Part shown: positions 14,981 to 26,629 of the stretch, one piece after another
Layout: every line of letters starts with the position of its first letter
Position numbering within the stretch: the stretch's first letter is position 1
NCBI GenBank assembly: GCA_010909165.1
Contig: VJWM01000196.1
Location: forward strand, 310,001-374,000
Source: Anthoceros angustus
Lineage: Eukaryota; Plantae; Anthocerotophyta
DNA length: 64,000 nt
Direction of reading: 5' to 3'
Position numbers and translations under genes: made by a program
The notes under the pieces: generated by a model
The model's database searches: none
Told to the model about the DNA's origin: nothing
Seen by the model: the letters and a program-made list of their open reading frames with translations, nothing else

Positions 14981-15084
14981 ACTCACGAACCCTCGACTCA
15001 ACTGGCATCCATCTACCTAACTAGATACACTCCAAAACTAGACACCTAAGCTATGGTTAGTCCCCTATAACCTTAGTGGTTTCA

Positions 15085-15099
15085 TTCCCGACAGCGCCA
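15085..15099 (-). promoter_or_regulatory. Primer-binding site of element A (tRNA-Asp-like); copies at ~2707-2721 and ~1358-1373
   Basis: TGGCGCTGTCGGGAA lies 3 nt after the LTR's terminal CA. It resembles the TGGCGCCGTTGCCGGGGA Asp-type PBS known from Athila elements. Confidence 0.7.
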
Positions 15100-15102
15100 A
15101 AA

Positions 15103-18100
15103 TGTGGAATGGGTTTTGCATCGAAGGCCAAAGAGGCCACATTTACCCTCTATGTCGTTATAGTCCTAGGATTCGATCCCAAGGGAATGGTGTTGTGTCA
15201 AGGTGTGCTAAATCTATGGATTCTAGACCGCCCCGCCGCTACCCCACCTTCTCGCTACCTTGCCCAAACCCACCACCGTGGTAGACTCGGCCACCGCTTG
15301 GCACGGTTCGACCAACATGGCGCACCCGGCCTTTGGGTCTATTAAATCACGACTTCTCTAGGACCTAGGCTATCGGACACCTATCGCCTCGCCTTACTTA
15401 GGAATTTCTGCGATCCACCGCCACCTCTGCGTTTCGATTTTCCCTCACACGCTCTCACAATCCCAGTAGCACCCTACCTCAGGAACCTTTCCCTTCAATG
15501 AACTCTCCCTCTCTCACCACCACCTTTCCCTTGGGCCACAGACCCCTTGGGCCACGGACCCCTCTCATGGAATGAACACACAGTGGTGGCGGTTGGAAAG
15601 AGGATCGGAAGAAAACCCGTCGGTGCTTGGGCGATTCGCCTTCGGATTCCGTCGTCCGCGCATCCTACCTCTGCCTACCCGGGCGTGAGCTTGGCCACTC
15701 CTCTCGACCACGAGATCTTCCGGTCTTCTTGTGAGAGGCGGTCGCGCTTTGATCTTGACGGGGCGTCTCCAATCAACCCCACTCGGTTCGATACGCGGAA
15801 GTTCACACGAAATCGTCTGCCTTGAGAGACACCCGGGTCTCTTATACATCCGGTGGTCCAACACTCACTTCTCTTTAGTGTCTAAAATTGTAGCTCCTAC
15901 CACGGCCCCTGCAATCTAAGCAAATGACTCGGTGATGGAACTCCCTATCCTCTCGCTGAAAAAACCCGGTCCTAGGCTATCGCGACTCCCCTAAAATCAG
16001 TGCCGCCTCGCGATTCTTTGCCTCGCCCTCGGCCCATGGGGACCCCTCTCGCTCTTGACCTCGCTCCGGCGATTTTCCCCACAACCTCCACCTCGCTCTC
16101 CTTGCTGAATTTCCCTCGCGCCTTCCGCGGGCGTTGCGCGCTGTGACCTCTATGTCCATTGTCCGCTCCTCCTCATTTGGACAACCATCGTGCTCCTCCT
16201 CCATGCTCGCTGCGCCTCGCTCATCTCTTCCGGCACCACTTGCGGAGGATAGGCGCCCGCTCCTACTCGAAGGAACCAGCGGTAGCGCGCGTCGATGTCT
16301 GTGTTTTGCCCCTCTGTCCCAACAACCACATACGCGTTTAGAGTGAGCACTCACCATGCGGCGAAGCGGGGACATGAGCATCCTCATCCGGACGCCCGTA
16401 ACTGTCGCCTTCGTCTGAGGTCCTTACCCTCTCCTCCGTGGACAATCACAGGCGGCTGTTGATTCTCCGGGGATCTGTCCCTCCATCTGCGACACTCCGT
16501 CGGTGACTTCCCCACCTCGGTTCCCGTTCCACGTGGCTGGTTTAGCCACCGTGGTGGTTACTTCCCGGTGGTTGTTTGGCTCTGCGGTCTTTGCTCGGCC
16601 TTTCTTGGTTTGGCCACCTCTCTCTTGACTCGGCCCTAACCCGTCTCTTTCCGCTTGTACCTCTCACTTCTTGAATTTCTCCAAGGCGCCATCGCTTCTG
16701 CTCCCGGACTCGCGAGACCTCATCCGAAGCTCTTCAATTGTAGCATCGCCTTGACTGATTTACTAAAGCTTCTGCTGAGTGGACATGTCGCTTGCTCGCC
16801 TTGCATAAGGCCGCACTCCGTCTGCGCTCCTCGGCCGCCTTGCTCTCGCCTTCGGGCTTCCAACTTCTCCTTGAGCAACTTCTCCTGTTGGCCTTGCACA
16901 CTCGGCCGGTGAGAGCCATGGGTGATCGAGGAGATCGCCTGCATGCCATGGCGTCAAACCACCAAATCCCCAAATTGGGCTGTCCCTTGCCCATCCGCCT
17001 CCACAATTCGTGTCGGCGGTGTCTCCTATCCCCACCTCGGTAGGACGGTTCGGTGAAATGTCGCCAAAAATGTCCGGAGCTCCGTTGCGGTCTCGGCTGA
17101 AGTTAACCTCCTCTCTAGGGGTTGGTCACTTGCCTCTTCCCGCTTCATTCTCCCTAGCGGCGGATTCATCACAGGAGGAGCAACTTGCCATTTCCCTTTA
17201 TTTTTCCTCCTTTGCGTTCTGCTGGTCTTGACTGGTGACCACAGGTGTGGGCTGGGTTCCTCCTGCTTCTGCCCTCCCCTTCTTCGCCGATCCCGTTCGG
17301 CCGTTTGCCCTTCGCTTCTTACCCTTGGAAACTTCCCCACCCTCTTCCGAACCTTCCGAGCGCGCAGCTACTGGAATCCTTGCTGAATCCTCCTTCAATT
17401 CCTCCTCTTCTACCTTGAGTTCCTGGCCGGCTTCCAACCATGCGGGCGGACCGACTTCAACTCAGTTAAACACCGGAATGCAAATACATGAATCGGAAAA
17501 GCGAAATCAAGGAGGGCCGAGGAAGAAGAGTAATTCGCCTTCTCCTCACGCTCTTTCGAAAATCATCCTCCCCAATCAATTTGTGTACCCTTGACCACCT
17601 CGTGAAGAAAAACCAAGAAGTGATCCGCCATATGATCCGGCTTAGGTTACGTAAAACAAAATCCATTTGGCCAATCCCTTGTGAACACGAGTTGGCGAGT
17701 CACCCGACCATTGTTCACTCTCACTTCCCGAGGCTTCATGAGCGCGGCTGCGGCTTTCAAGGTCTTCTTCTTTGGGTCAATCACCAAGCTCCCATCCTCG
17801 ATGCTTCTCGCCCGCCTGCTGCTCGAAAAGGGCCAAATCCGATTCTGCGGCCTTTTCCTCGCGTCACCCTCTTGCGACTTGGTCCTTAATTGCGGGCGCA
17901 CTCTTGCACCAATGCGGTCATCGTAGCACCATTTCTTCTCCATGAACGGCGGCTCGCACGGTGCCGGCTCTCACTTTCCGATGGTCCATGTTGGGCCGCT
18001 GCGTGTAGATTTCGGCGCGGCTCGGGCGCCATCTCCTTCTCGTTGTTTCCCAAAACAAAACCTCGACTACCCTGCGGATCACGGTCGGAAGAAAAAAAAT

Positions 18101-18646
18101 CGAGCGCCCTCGCGCTCCCGCCTCCTCGCGAACTTGCGGCGCCGATTTCTCTCCTCCGCGCCGCGCTGCCTCACGATCGTCGTGCGCCTTCCTCCTGCCG
18201 GGCGGCTGGCGTCGTTGGTAGCGCGCCCCTCTTCTTGACTCCGCTCGTGCCCCTCACGGAAAGTCGCGACCTCGTGATCTTGGGTGTGCCCTTCTCCCGA
18301 TTGCTCCGGTGGTAGTCCTCACTAGGGGTTGTAAATTCCCCACAGCATGCGTCCGTTTCTCGGCCACGTGGTGGAACTAGCCACCACCCCGACTACTGTG
18401 GCATATTGTGAGCATCCTAGCATATATAGACACCTTTTATTCTAAAAATTCCCAATACCCAAGGACTCTATTTCTACCCCACCCTCTGGGGTCAAACCTA
18501 AGGTCGAAAATTATTATTATCTCCAAGGGCCAAGGACCATTCCGTATAAAGACACTCAGACGATTCTCAAGCACTTTCTGCTATTCTAACACACCCAAAA
18601 CAAAAAATCGTTCCGGAGGCGGGGTTAGTTCACATGGTCTTCCACG
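15103..18646 (-). repeat. 5' LTR of element A (~3.5 kb)
   Basis: On the minus strand it starts (C)GTGGAAGACCA (TGTGGAAGACCA in the copy ending at 8143) and ends AAACCCATTCCACA, followed by TTT and the PBS. Homology with 2725-8143 stops at 18646 versus 8143, where the flanks diverge (element B gag versus PPT/integrase). Confidence 0.85.
15980..18240 (-). pseudogene. Accessory ORF located inside the LTR of element A (globular N-terminal part plus coiled-coil C-terminal part); copies within 3800-7820
   Basis: Consensus across copies, read through frameshifts: KKTLKAAAALMKPREVRVNNGRVTRQLVFTR...KPDHMADHFLVFLHEVVKGTQIDWGRMIFERACEEKANY, then E/K/R-rich LKEKLEAEGESKAAEERR...GDATIEEL. A homologous motif occurs at 48560-48814. 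Confidence 0.55.
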
Positions 18647-20410
18647 TGTTGTGTAACTACTAAATCTTATACATTACCAACATATGTTCTTTGGCAAAGT
18701 CTTTGTACTGGTTGGTACATCTAAGCATGACTCATGTGTTAGCTAAGCACCTTGGGTTTCCTGATCTTTTCACTTCACCATCATAACATTGTTAAGTCTT
18801 GAGCATCTCGCCCGGTGTGTGAGTGCTCCGTTGAGGCACTTTATTGCACACATTGCCACAAGGCGGGACATGTAGTTACCGTTTGTTTTGAAACATCTGA
18901 GCGTCGTTATCAAAAGCATGGAGGTGGAGAAGCCGAGGTTGTCACTTCCACAGCAGTGCTGTGGTGCGTCTTGAGACTCTGTGCAGGCGGCTCCACTAAG
19001 AGCAAGCTTCGGCGTGAGAAGGAGCATAAAGTGCGGTGGTCTTTGAGAAGATGTCGGCAGAGGCCATGCCTGCTCTCACTACTCGAGATAGGTGTGTTGA
19101 CAACAAGTTTGGCTAAGCCGGTAGGCGATTGAGCTAATATCTGTTGGGACGGTGAGGAAGAAGACTATGGAAGTCCACATCAGTGTGTGCGGTCTGAAGA
19201 TGCCGAGGCATCCGAGGTGGTTATAGCGCACACTGGCGGACAACAGTGTTGCCCAAGCCGGACAGTCACGAATAGTGCCAGGTGTGATGCCACAATCTTT
19301 CGTTCCTTTGCCGGGCAATTGCTCATTGAGAGGCGGATCACACCACTTACAAAGAGTGGAGGAACATAGCTCGAAGCCCACGGAGATGTTACACTTGGCT
19401 TCAACCGTGGCGGAAGGGACCTTGTTCAAAAGGTGATTCACGCTCCATTATTCACTTTGGATGAGCTGGGGGTGGGATTGACTCAGGTTCATTCCATGCT
19501 TCAAGACGTGTTGGCCCCACGGCGCTCGGTCGGGTCATGATCTTTGTGATCGGTGTGTTGTCTTGTCAACCTCCAGAATCAACATGGGTTGACCAATTGA
19601 CATCGGCCCAAGGGCTGATGGCTTCACAGTTGGCAAACATGTCACGGGGCATCCGATGGTAGTACTGACCTACCAATCGGTTGCGGATCTTTGATTAATC
19701 ACACATTAGTGGATAATCGTGAAGGCCATATCCTTTGTCGATGGAGTTGCTCCTAGAGTCGTTACATTGAACCACGGGGCCCAACTCATCATAGGGCAAA
19801 CATTGGTGCTAGGGCGCAACTCATGGGCTCTGCTCTCAAGAGCTCAACGGAATATTAAATGCAATGGCGGGGCCGTTGAGCGGTCAGGAGAAACAATTTA
19901 TCCGTAGTTGTTGCTTCGACCGGGTTACGCGATCTTGTCACCATGGAGGTACATTGTCTCGTTTCGCCACCGGCTATGACATTACGCCGGGCGAGTTCAT
20001 GTTTCCTCCGGGGTAGGCATAGATAAGGGGCAGACGGGCTTTCTATCGGCGTTGGCGGCGAGGAGGCCCGCCTACATTCCTTGGATCTTCATCACCGCCG
20101 TTGGCAATGTCTGATGATAGCGGTGAGGCACGTTTTGTGACTCGGATCGCCGGTTTGCCTAAGGATGACGGTAGGGTATCACAGCTCTTTGAAGAAGGAA
20201 GCACTCTCAAATCTTGTGGTCGTCGATGAAGCATTGCGACTTTTACTACAATCCGAGTTTTGAAGCGATGCAACTTGGATGGATGCAGCTCGGGCTCATG
20301 TCATTTTTGCCATGGAACAATTTCACAAGGGGCGACGATAGCACTGCTAGTAGTTATGCATTCGGCATTGGAGCCACTTCACCGACGCGATTCGTGGACT
20401 ACCCCTTGTG

Positions 20411-21301
20411 ATGGATGTGTTGGTGGAGCTTTTTCGGGCATACATTACGGGGTTGGAGGTAGCGTTACTGGGCTGCCTATCAAAAAGTATATCTCTTGTG
20501 ATTGCAGTGCGGTATAGCCATCTTCCGCGCTTAGCAGTTGCGGCAACAATTTCAGCACTTTTTTGTCTCGGGATGCTTTCACGCTTTGCCCCAAGACATT
20601 TTCTTTGGTTCACCTTGTCATCCAATTAGCACATGTGGACACGGTAGTGGTGGGAATGTCGGGGTTTTCTAGAGCTGGTGGAGGCGGTTTGCAACACCGA
20701 GGCCTGATGTTACTTCATTGGTTCAAGTGATGAGATGGATTCAGAATGCATATCCCAGGGCTCTTTATGTGTTCGAAAATACTCCAGCTCATTTAGACCC
20801 GCGTGCTCAAGTTAAGCAGGATGCTGCTATCGTGCAGCATGTACTTGGACCTCCTTTTGTTATGGACGGTGCACAAGTTGGCAGCTATGCTCATCGTTTG
20901 AGGAGTTATTGGACCAATTGGGCTCCTACAGCCGTGCTTCAACTGGCCTTGCGACATACCGGCGAGATCCTCAGCTTCAGTTGCAGGATGTGCTTGACCC
21001 CAAGCATGTTCCGCGACCAGTGCGTGGCCCGGAGCGAGCTCCTTGGTTCCCTACCAATCACGTGGGTGAGCCGCGTCGTACGTTGCCTACACTGGTTAGT
21101 TTTTCTCCATCCTATGCGTATAGGGGGAATGGTCCGAGGTTTGTTATTCAACACGGATACTCACTTTGGGGAGGCCGTCCATCGCAGAGCGTGAGCGCAT
21201 CATGGGGTTTTCAACTCATGCCCGCTGCGGCTGCTGGGGTTTCTATTTATGCGTTGTCTTTCTTTGTTGGGCGAGCTATGGACTTGTTTGCTCTCACCTA
21301 G
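20411..21301 (+). CDS. C5 cytosine DNA methyltransferase domain (DNMT3/DRM-like catalytic fold) within element B pol; frameshifted in this assembly
   Basis: Motifs occur in canonical order. Motif I: VLVELF(S)G..GLEVALL.GLPIKKYISCD (~20417-20500). Motif IV: W-E-C-R-G-F-S-R-A-G with the catalytic Cys (WEC at 20651-20659). Motif VI: ALYVFENT (E at ~20775). Motif VIII: DGAQVGSYAHRLRSYWTN (~20865-20918). Motifs IX/X: ERERIMGF (~21190) and VGRAMDL (~21270). Confidence 0.85.
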
Positions 21302-21639
21302 TTAGTGAGCATTTGTCTCATGTTTCAAGTCTTGGCTCACCCGAATTTTTGTGGCATGACAGAGCCTTCCTAGCTCATCCGGATGCGACACTTGCCTTTT
21401 CCGGTTTTCGACTTTTCACCCGACGGGGGAACATGACATGGAAACCTGCTCGCTTGGCGATGTCGCCGATCCGTTGTCGGCAGCCTTCAACCGCCCTTCT
21501 ATTGAGACTTTTCCGTGGTGCATGGGTCGCGTTGACTAACGATCACGCGACGAATGATACGGCGTTGGTCCGGGTATCAGACTGTTTTGCTTTTTCGATG
21601 AAAGAGCGAGTCCGCATCAATGTTATGCGAGCATTCCTT

Positions 21640-22330
21640 TGACCTCTTCTGAGCCTATCTATCGGCGTCGGTATCGGCTAAGTCCCGCAGAATGAGCTAT
21701 TGTGGATGCTCGCTGCCAGGAACTGTATGAGGCTGGTCTTATACGGCCTTCTACATCCGATTATGCGGCAGCCACAGTTTTGCCACCAAAGAAGGACAGC
21801 CAGGGTCTGTGGATGGAGAAGCGTATGTGCGGTGACTATCGGCCCATTAACGCTGTCACTGCTCAAGATCGTTATCCTATGCCTACGCCGGAAGAACTGT
21901 TCGACCAAATAGGACAGTCTGCATATTTTTCAGTGCTGGATTTACGTCAAGGGTTCAATCAAGTTCCTATTGCGGAAGAGGATATCAAGAAGACAGCATT
22001 TCACGGCTCTCAACAGCTGTGGGAATGGCTGTTTATGCCTTTTGGGTTCCGTAATGCGCCAGTGATTTTCCAACGTATTATGGACAAGGTACTGTCTGGT
22101 GCTGCACATCTACTCTGTTACATTGACGATGTGTTGGTGCATAGCAAGGATTTTGAGTTGCATCTTGTGCACTTGGAAGACTGTGCGAGTTCTGGCTTCG
22201 ATTCGTTGCCCTGACCAAATGTGAGCGGGCATGGACAACATGCATATTTGGGACATCGCATCGTTCCTAATGGCATTATGCCTCATCTTGCTAAGGTTCG
22301 AGGCCATTACGGTGGCTGAACCTACTAATT
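21640..22330 (+). CDS. Element B reverse transcriptase
   Basis: ORF 21702-22214: LIRPSTSDYAAATVLPPKKD..KRMCGDYRPIN..DRYPMP..FSVLDLRQGFNQV..KTAFHG..MPFGFRNAP..CYIDDVLV (YIDD catalytic motif). Confidence 0.95.
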
Positions 22331-22499
22331 TCTTCTTTCTGTATTTAGGGGCATGCAATTATTCTGAGTCTACATACAAGATTTGATAGCATTGCTAAGC
22401 CTTTGAATCAGTTGTTGCGCAAGGATGTGACATGGGACTGGACAGAGGCCTGCCAAAAGGCATTCGAGATGCTAAAAACAAAACTTACAGAATTACCAG

Positions 22500-23950
22500 T
22501 TATGGCACGACCCGTTTTCGCTTTTCTTGATTAGTCAACTCGGGCTTGGTGTTGTGTTGGCTCGGTAGATAATCACGAGGCCATGAGCGAGTTGTGCATA
22601 TGCTTCACGCAATGATCATTTGAGTCTAACTATCCGTATGAGGAGAGTGTTTAGGCTGCGGTTTGAAGTGCATCATTTTAGGCCGTACCTCTATGGCAGC
22701 GCTTTACATTGATTACTGAGATCATCGACCACTTAAGTGGGCGATGACTCTTTGAGTGGTAAGGTGGCTCGGTGGATGGCAAGATTACGACTTTGAAGTG
22801 GTACAAACGGAAGTTGTCATCGAATCTTGATCTGTTGTCACGTCATCCTATGGCGGCGAGGATCTCAGGCCGAGGCAAGACCATGAAGATGATGTGGTGG
22901 CTCGTCATTGCGACCATGTTGGTGCACTTTGTGAGATCAAGCCACCGCGTACTCTTGAGGCATGCTCCAAGTCGGGATATCTGGGAAGATGAGGCAACCA
23001 TGCGATACTTGCAGGTGGGCTATATCCACGGTTGCCCTCTTGATCGGCAAGACCGCATTTGATCGTGCTTCCGGTATTCTTGGCGGGATGGATATCGATG
23101 AGAAAATTAGTCTCTGGAGCTCGGCGTTTGGTGCCACCTCCTCGGGATCGGGTAGCCTTAGTCATGCGAGCTCACGATTTGGGGCATTTTGGCATCAAGC
23201 GGACATCTGATCTGCGGTACCTCATTTCATTGATGCGGCATGTATGGTCAAGTCACGAGATGTGGTAGCATGTTGTGAGCAATGCGATCGGGTCAAGGCA
23301 TCTTCGACATCAAGCCATCACATTTGCAACCACTACCTATCATGGGACTGTTCTTTAGGTGGTCCTGTGACCTTATTGGGGAGTTGCCACACACCCGGGA
23401 AATGTTTATGTCATGGTGATGGTCGAACACTTCTCTAAGTGGGCTGAGATCGTTGCATTGCACAAGACTTCGTAAATACGTCTCAAGCTTTTACGCAGCA
23501 TGTGTTGGCGAGTTTTGGTATGTGATGGGACGAGTTGAGTTCGAGGAAATTTGATTCTTTGGATTCGGCATTCATTGATCGGCGGACGGCGGGGACCATC
23601 CAGGTGATGGACTTCTTGAGCGTTTGGTTCAACGATCAAACAAGGATTGAGGAAGTTACTTTTGGATGCCCAAGAGTGATTGGGACTGGCGTTGCCGTGT
23701 GTGGGCTATGGGCTATCGATGAGTAAACATGCTTCTTTGGCACATTTTCACCATATTTTTTACTCTTTGGCGTGATCCGGTGCCACGGTGGCTATTGCTG
23801 GGATATACACGTGGTGAACTGGACAATCCTACTGTATGGGCTAAGGTGGTTGGTGAGCGTCTTTGCTTTATTCGGCTATGCCATAGCTATGGCCAATCTC
23901 GTGCGGCAGGGATTCGTTATGCTTACACGTAATTAGCAATTTAGCCAAAT
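22500..23950 (+). pseudogene. Element B RNase H and integrase (frameshifted)
   Basis: HHFRPYLYG..FTLIT.HRPLKW (RNase H); LVPPPRDRVALVMRAHDLGHFGIKRT and CCEQCDRVK (H2C2 zinc finger); VMVEHFSKWAEIVAL and core fragments. Confidence 0.85.
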
Positions 23951-24159
23951 TTCATGTGGGAATTATGTGTATGCTGACGGACCGATACATTGGAGGCGTC
24001 GGCTAATCGCTATGTCATGCATCAAGGAAATACTTGATAGTGGCGTTACGGTGCTTGAGGTAAGGATGGGCGCACTCACGAAGATCACATGACCAATTGC
24101 GCACTTGCCATTTGCGGTCTGGATTCCACAATTGTATTTGCCTGGATTAGCCATGATTA

Positions 24160-24290
24160 CCCATGCCAACTTTGTCAGCGTATAGATGACCCAGCGTCTT
24201 CTTTGTGTGATGGTTGCAATGGCGGATTCCACTTATTTTGCCTCACTCCTCCAGCGGATGTGGGAAGTGTGGTATTGTCCTCGGTGTAGT
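24160..24290 (+). CDS. PHD finger (C4HC3) at the C-terminus of element B integrase; cleaner copy at ~27370-27510
   Basis: DYPCQLCQRIDDPELMLLCDGCNGGFHLFCLTPPAADV..(E)LWYCPRC; all eight zinc ligands can be placed using the two copies. Confidence 0.92.
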
Positions 24291-24359
24291 GGACAGGTGT
24301 TGCATCCTAGTGTGTCGTGGGCCTAGTCAAGCACAATCTGGGCTCAATCTTTGAGGGGA

Positions 24360-25005
24360 TGATGTAGACTTGCTTTTCTCTTGGGATGCCAACATTGAGC
24401 TCCATTTTATGTGAGAATTGGTTGAAGGGTGAGTGTCTTTGTTGAACTAGCATGATAGGATTCTATGAGCTGAATGACAAGAGTATAGAGGTGAGAGTTT
24501 TGGTCGGTGGTTGTTTTCCACGATATTGTCATGCCATAGTCCTTACACATGTAATTGCCAATTACAACTGAAGAGCATATAGATAAGCATGGTTGTTTAG
24601 GTAGAGAGCCTGCTGTGATGAATAAGCGAATGCAGCTTATTCACAATTAGGGTTAGAAGGCGTGGCCAGTCGAAATCGCTGCACTCGGTCATGGACGTGG
24701 GAGGCGGGAGCAAGATGGCGATCATGATGCGGATGCATGCGCGGGAGCTTGGACTCGATATAAAGCGCGGAGAGCAAGGCGGTAGGTGGTTGTTAGAGTC
24801 TTCGTTGCGCCATGACTAGTTATGGTAGCCACAATGAATCACATCAACTTTTGAGACAATCGAGTTTCTTTGCTATGCTTGAGTCACCACTTGAAAGCGA
24901 TCGTGGCGTTGCTTCTTTGTGACGATGAGCGCCAACCCCAAGCGAGACTCGGTGAGAATCGAGACTTCGTGTTGTGATCCGATCCTTTGTTTTGTTTCGA
25001 CCTAC
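24360..25005 (+). repeat. 3' LTR of element B (~650 bp); re-iterated at ~26187-26630, 27588-28225 and 28780-29016, with 170-bp partial copies at 25014, 28234 and 29025
   Basis: Starts TGATGTAGAC directly after the PPT and ends GACCTAC, a partial inverted match to the start. Confidence 0.75.
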
Positions 25006-26629
25006 CTTTTTGATGATGTAGACTTGCTTTTCTCTTGGGATGCCAACATTGAGCTCCATTTTATGTGAGAATTGGTTGAAGACTGGTTTGAGTGTCTTTG
25101 TTGAACTAGCATGATAGGATTCCTATGAGCTGTTGAATGACAAGAGTATAGAGGTGAGAGTTTTGGTGGTTGTTTTCCGCGACGGTGGGTGACATCATTG
25201 GCCGGGCACCTTGAGGCGCGGCTGAGATGCGGCATAGCCAAGCCTCTCTATCTGCTTTGGGGAGGCCTGGTGCAGTAGCCACGGAGGCCTCATGCTAGCG
25301 ACCTTTCTAGAGTTGGGCCTCTTTGCCTTCATCTTGCAAGCCTCCTGTTTTTTAATCATGGATTCTTGCATCTTGGGGCCTGGTCTTGGGCGTTGAGGAG
25401 GGGCCTTCCCTTTCGGTGCCATTGAGGATGGCTAGGGTATCTTTATCCTCCGAGGCTAGGGCTATCATACCTCACTTTTCCTCGTTCTCCGAGGTTGGAT
25501 TGCATATACTTTAAGCCTCCTTCCAGGAGAAGCAGTACGGGCAGACACAGCTGGCCCTTATCGTAGATTCCTCTATTCCCCAACCCACTTGAGCTCGCCT
25601 CTGCTCTTCCTCGGGGAATGGAGGAGGTTCAGGCTTCTTTTTCTACCTCAATGAGGTTCCGCTTGGGTGTGGTCCAACCCTTGGCTTGCTCTCTCTTGTC
25701 CTACAATGGAGCCCCTTGATGACTCAGGACCCACGGCTCGTTGCCCCTTGTGACGCGCTTATGCGCCATCCGCCATATTGTCATATTCTCGATAAGCGAT
25801 GGAGAGGGGCTTCTTGCCACATGGGCGCCCATACACTTTGCTCAGCGTTTCTCTCGGGGCTAATATGTTTTGGCTTGGGTGACCGAGGTTTACATTGCGG
25901 ATGTGGTAGTGCGGATGTGACCCTACTCGAGACGCTATTTGCGAGCATGTTATTATCAACCCTCCAAGTTGGGCGGCGGAGGGGTGTGCGACAACAAAGG
26001 TTCACAAGTACTCACCTCTACAGAAAAGCCACGCATTCATCCCCCTTGCCATTGAGTCCCACGGGGCCATGGGCAAGGATTTCTCCATGGTCATCAAGGG
26101 GCATGCTAAGGCTTACCTGCAAGAATGCGGTGGTCTTCCCTTCCTTGTGTGGTTGCCTTCTTGATGACAGTGTCATCGCCTTGCAGGCTTGCTTTTCTCT
26201 TGGGATGCCAACATTGAGCTCCATTTTATGTGAGAATTGGTTGAAGGCTGAGTGTCTTTGTTGAACTAGCATGATAGGATTCTGTGAGCATTGAATGACA
26301 AGAGTATAGAGGTGAGAGTTTTGGTCAGTTGGTTGTTTTCCACGATATTGTCATGCCATAGTCCTTACACATCGGGTAATTGCCAATTACAATGAAAGCA
26401 TATAGATAAGCATGGTTGTTTAGGTAGAGCTTCTTTGTGATGAATAAGCGAATGCGACTTATTCACAATTAGGGTTAGAAGAGCGTGGTCGATCGCGCAC
26501 TCGGTCATGGACGTGGGAGGCGGGAGCAAGATGAGCGATCATGATGCGGATGCATGCGGGAGCTTGGACACGGCGATAAAAGCGCGGAGAGCAAGGCGAT
26601 AGGTGGTTGTTAGAGTCTTCGTTGCATTG

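Larger units (their letters stand above)
1..18646 (-). mobile_element. Element A: Athila-like (non-chromovirus) Ty3/gypsy LTR retrotransposon, apparently tandem (LTR-internal-LTR-internal)
   Basis: Minus-strand gag with CCHC knuckle (CYNCRNLGHY, ~13590-13550), protease, RT (HRIDLEPG..WVAPIVVVPK..RRLNKVTKKDHFPLPFIDNIL, ORF 10395-10805), RNase H and integrase (GYWWPTMYKDAKEF, ORF 8591-9121) in gypsy order. LTRs with TGTGGAA...TTCCACA termini, PBS and PPT were identified. 1-2720 repeats the gag/PBS region seen at 13720-15100. Confidence 0.9.
18650..25185 (+). mobile_element. Element B: Ty3/gypsy LTR retrotransposon encoding a C5 DNA methyltransferase and an integrase-terminal PHD finger (5' part displaced by insertion of element A)
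   Basis: Collinear plus-strand domains: CCHC knuckle CTHCHKAGHVVTVC (~18845-18886), protease (PRVVTLNHGAQLIIG ~19750; ATGYDI ~19970), DNMT (20411-21301), RT, RNase H, integrase, PHD, PPT (TTGAGGGGA 24351-24359) and an LTR starting TGATGTAG at 24360. Confidence 0.88.

Noticed and set aside
1-18646. Dozens of short ORFs on both strands in the ORF track, and possible programmed frameshifting
   Set aside because: They are fragments or antisense shadows of element A. Indels differ between copies at random positions, consistent with read errors rather than conserved slippery sites.
24647-24656. Telomere-like TTAGGGTTAG in the element B LTR
   Set aside because: Less than two units and part of the LTR sequence; no array.
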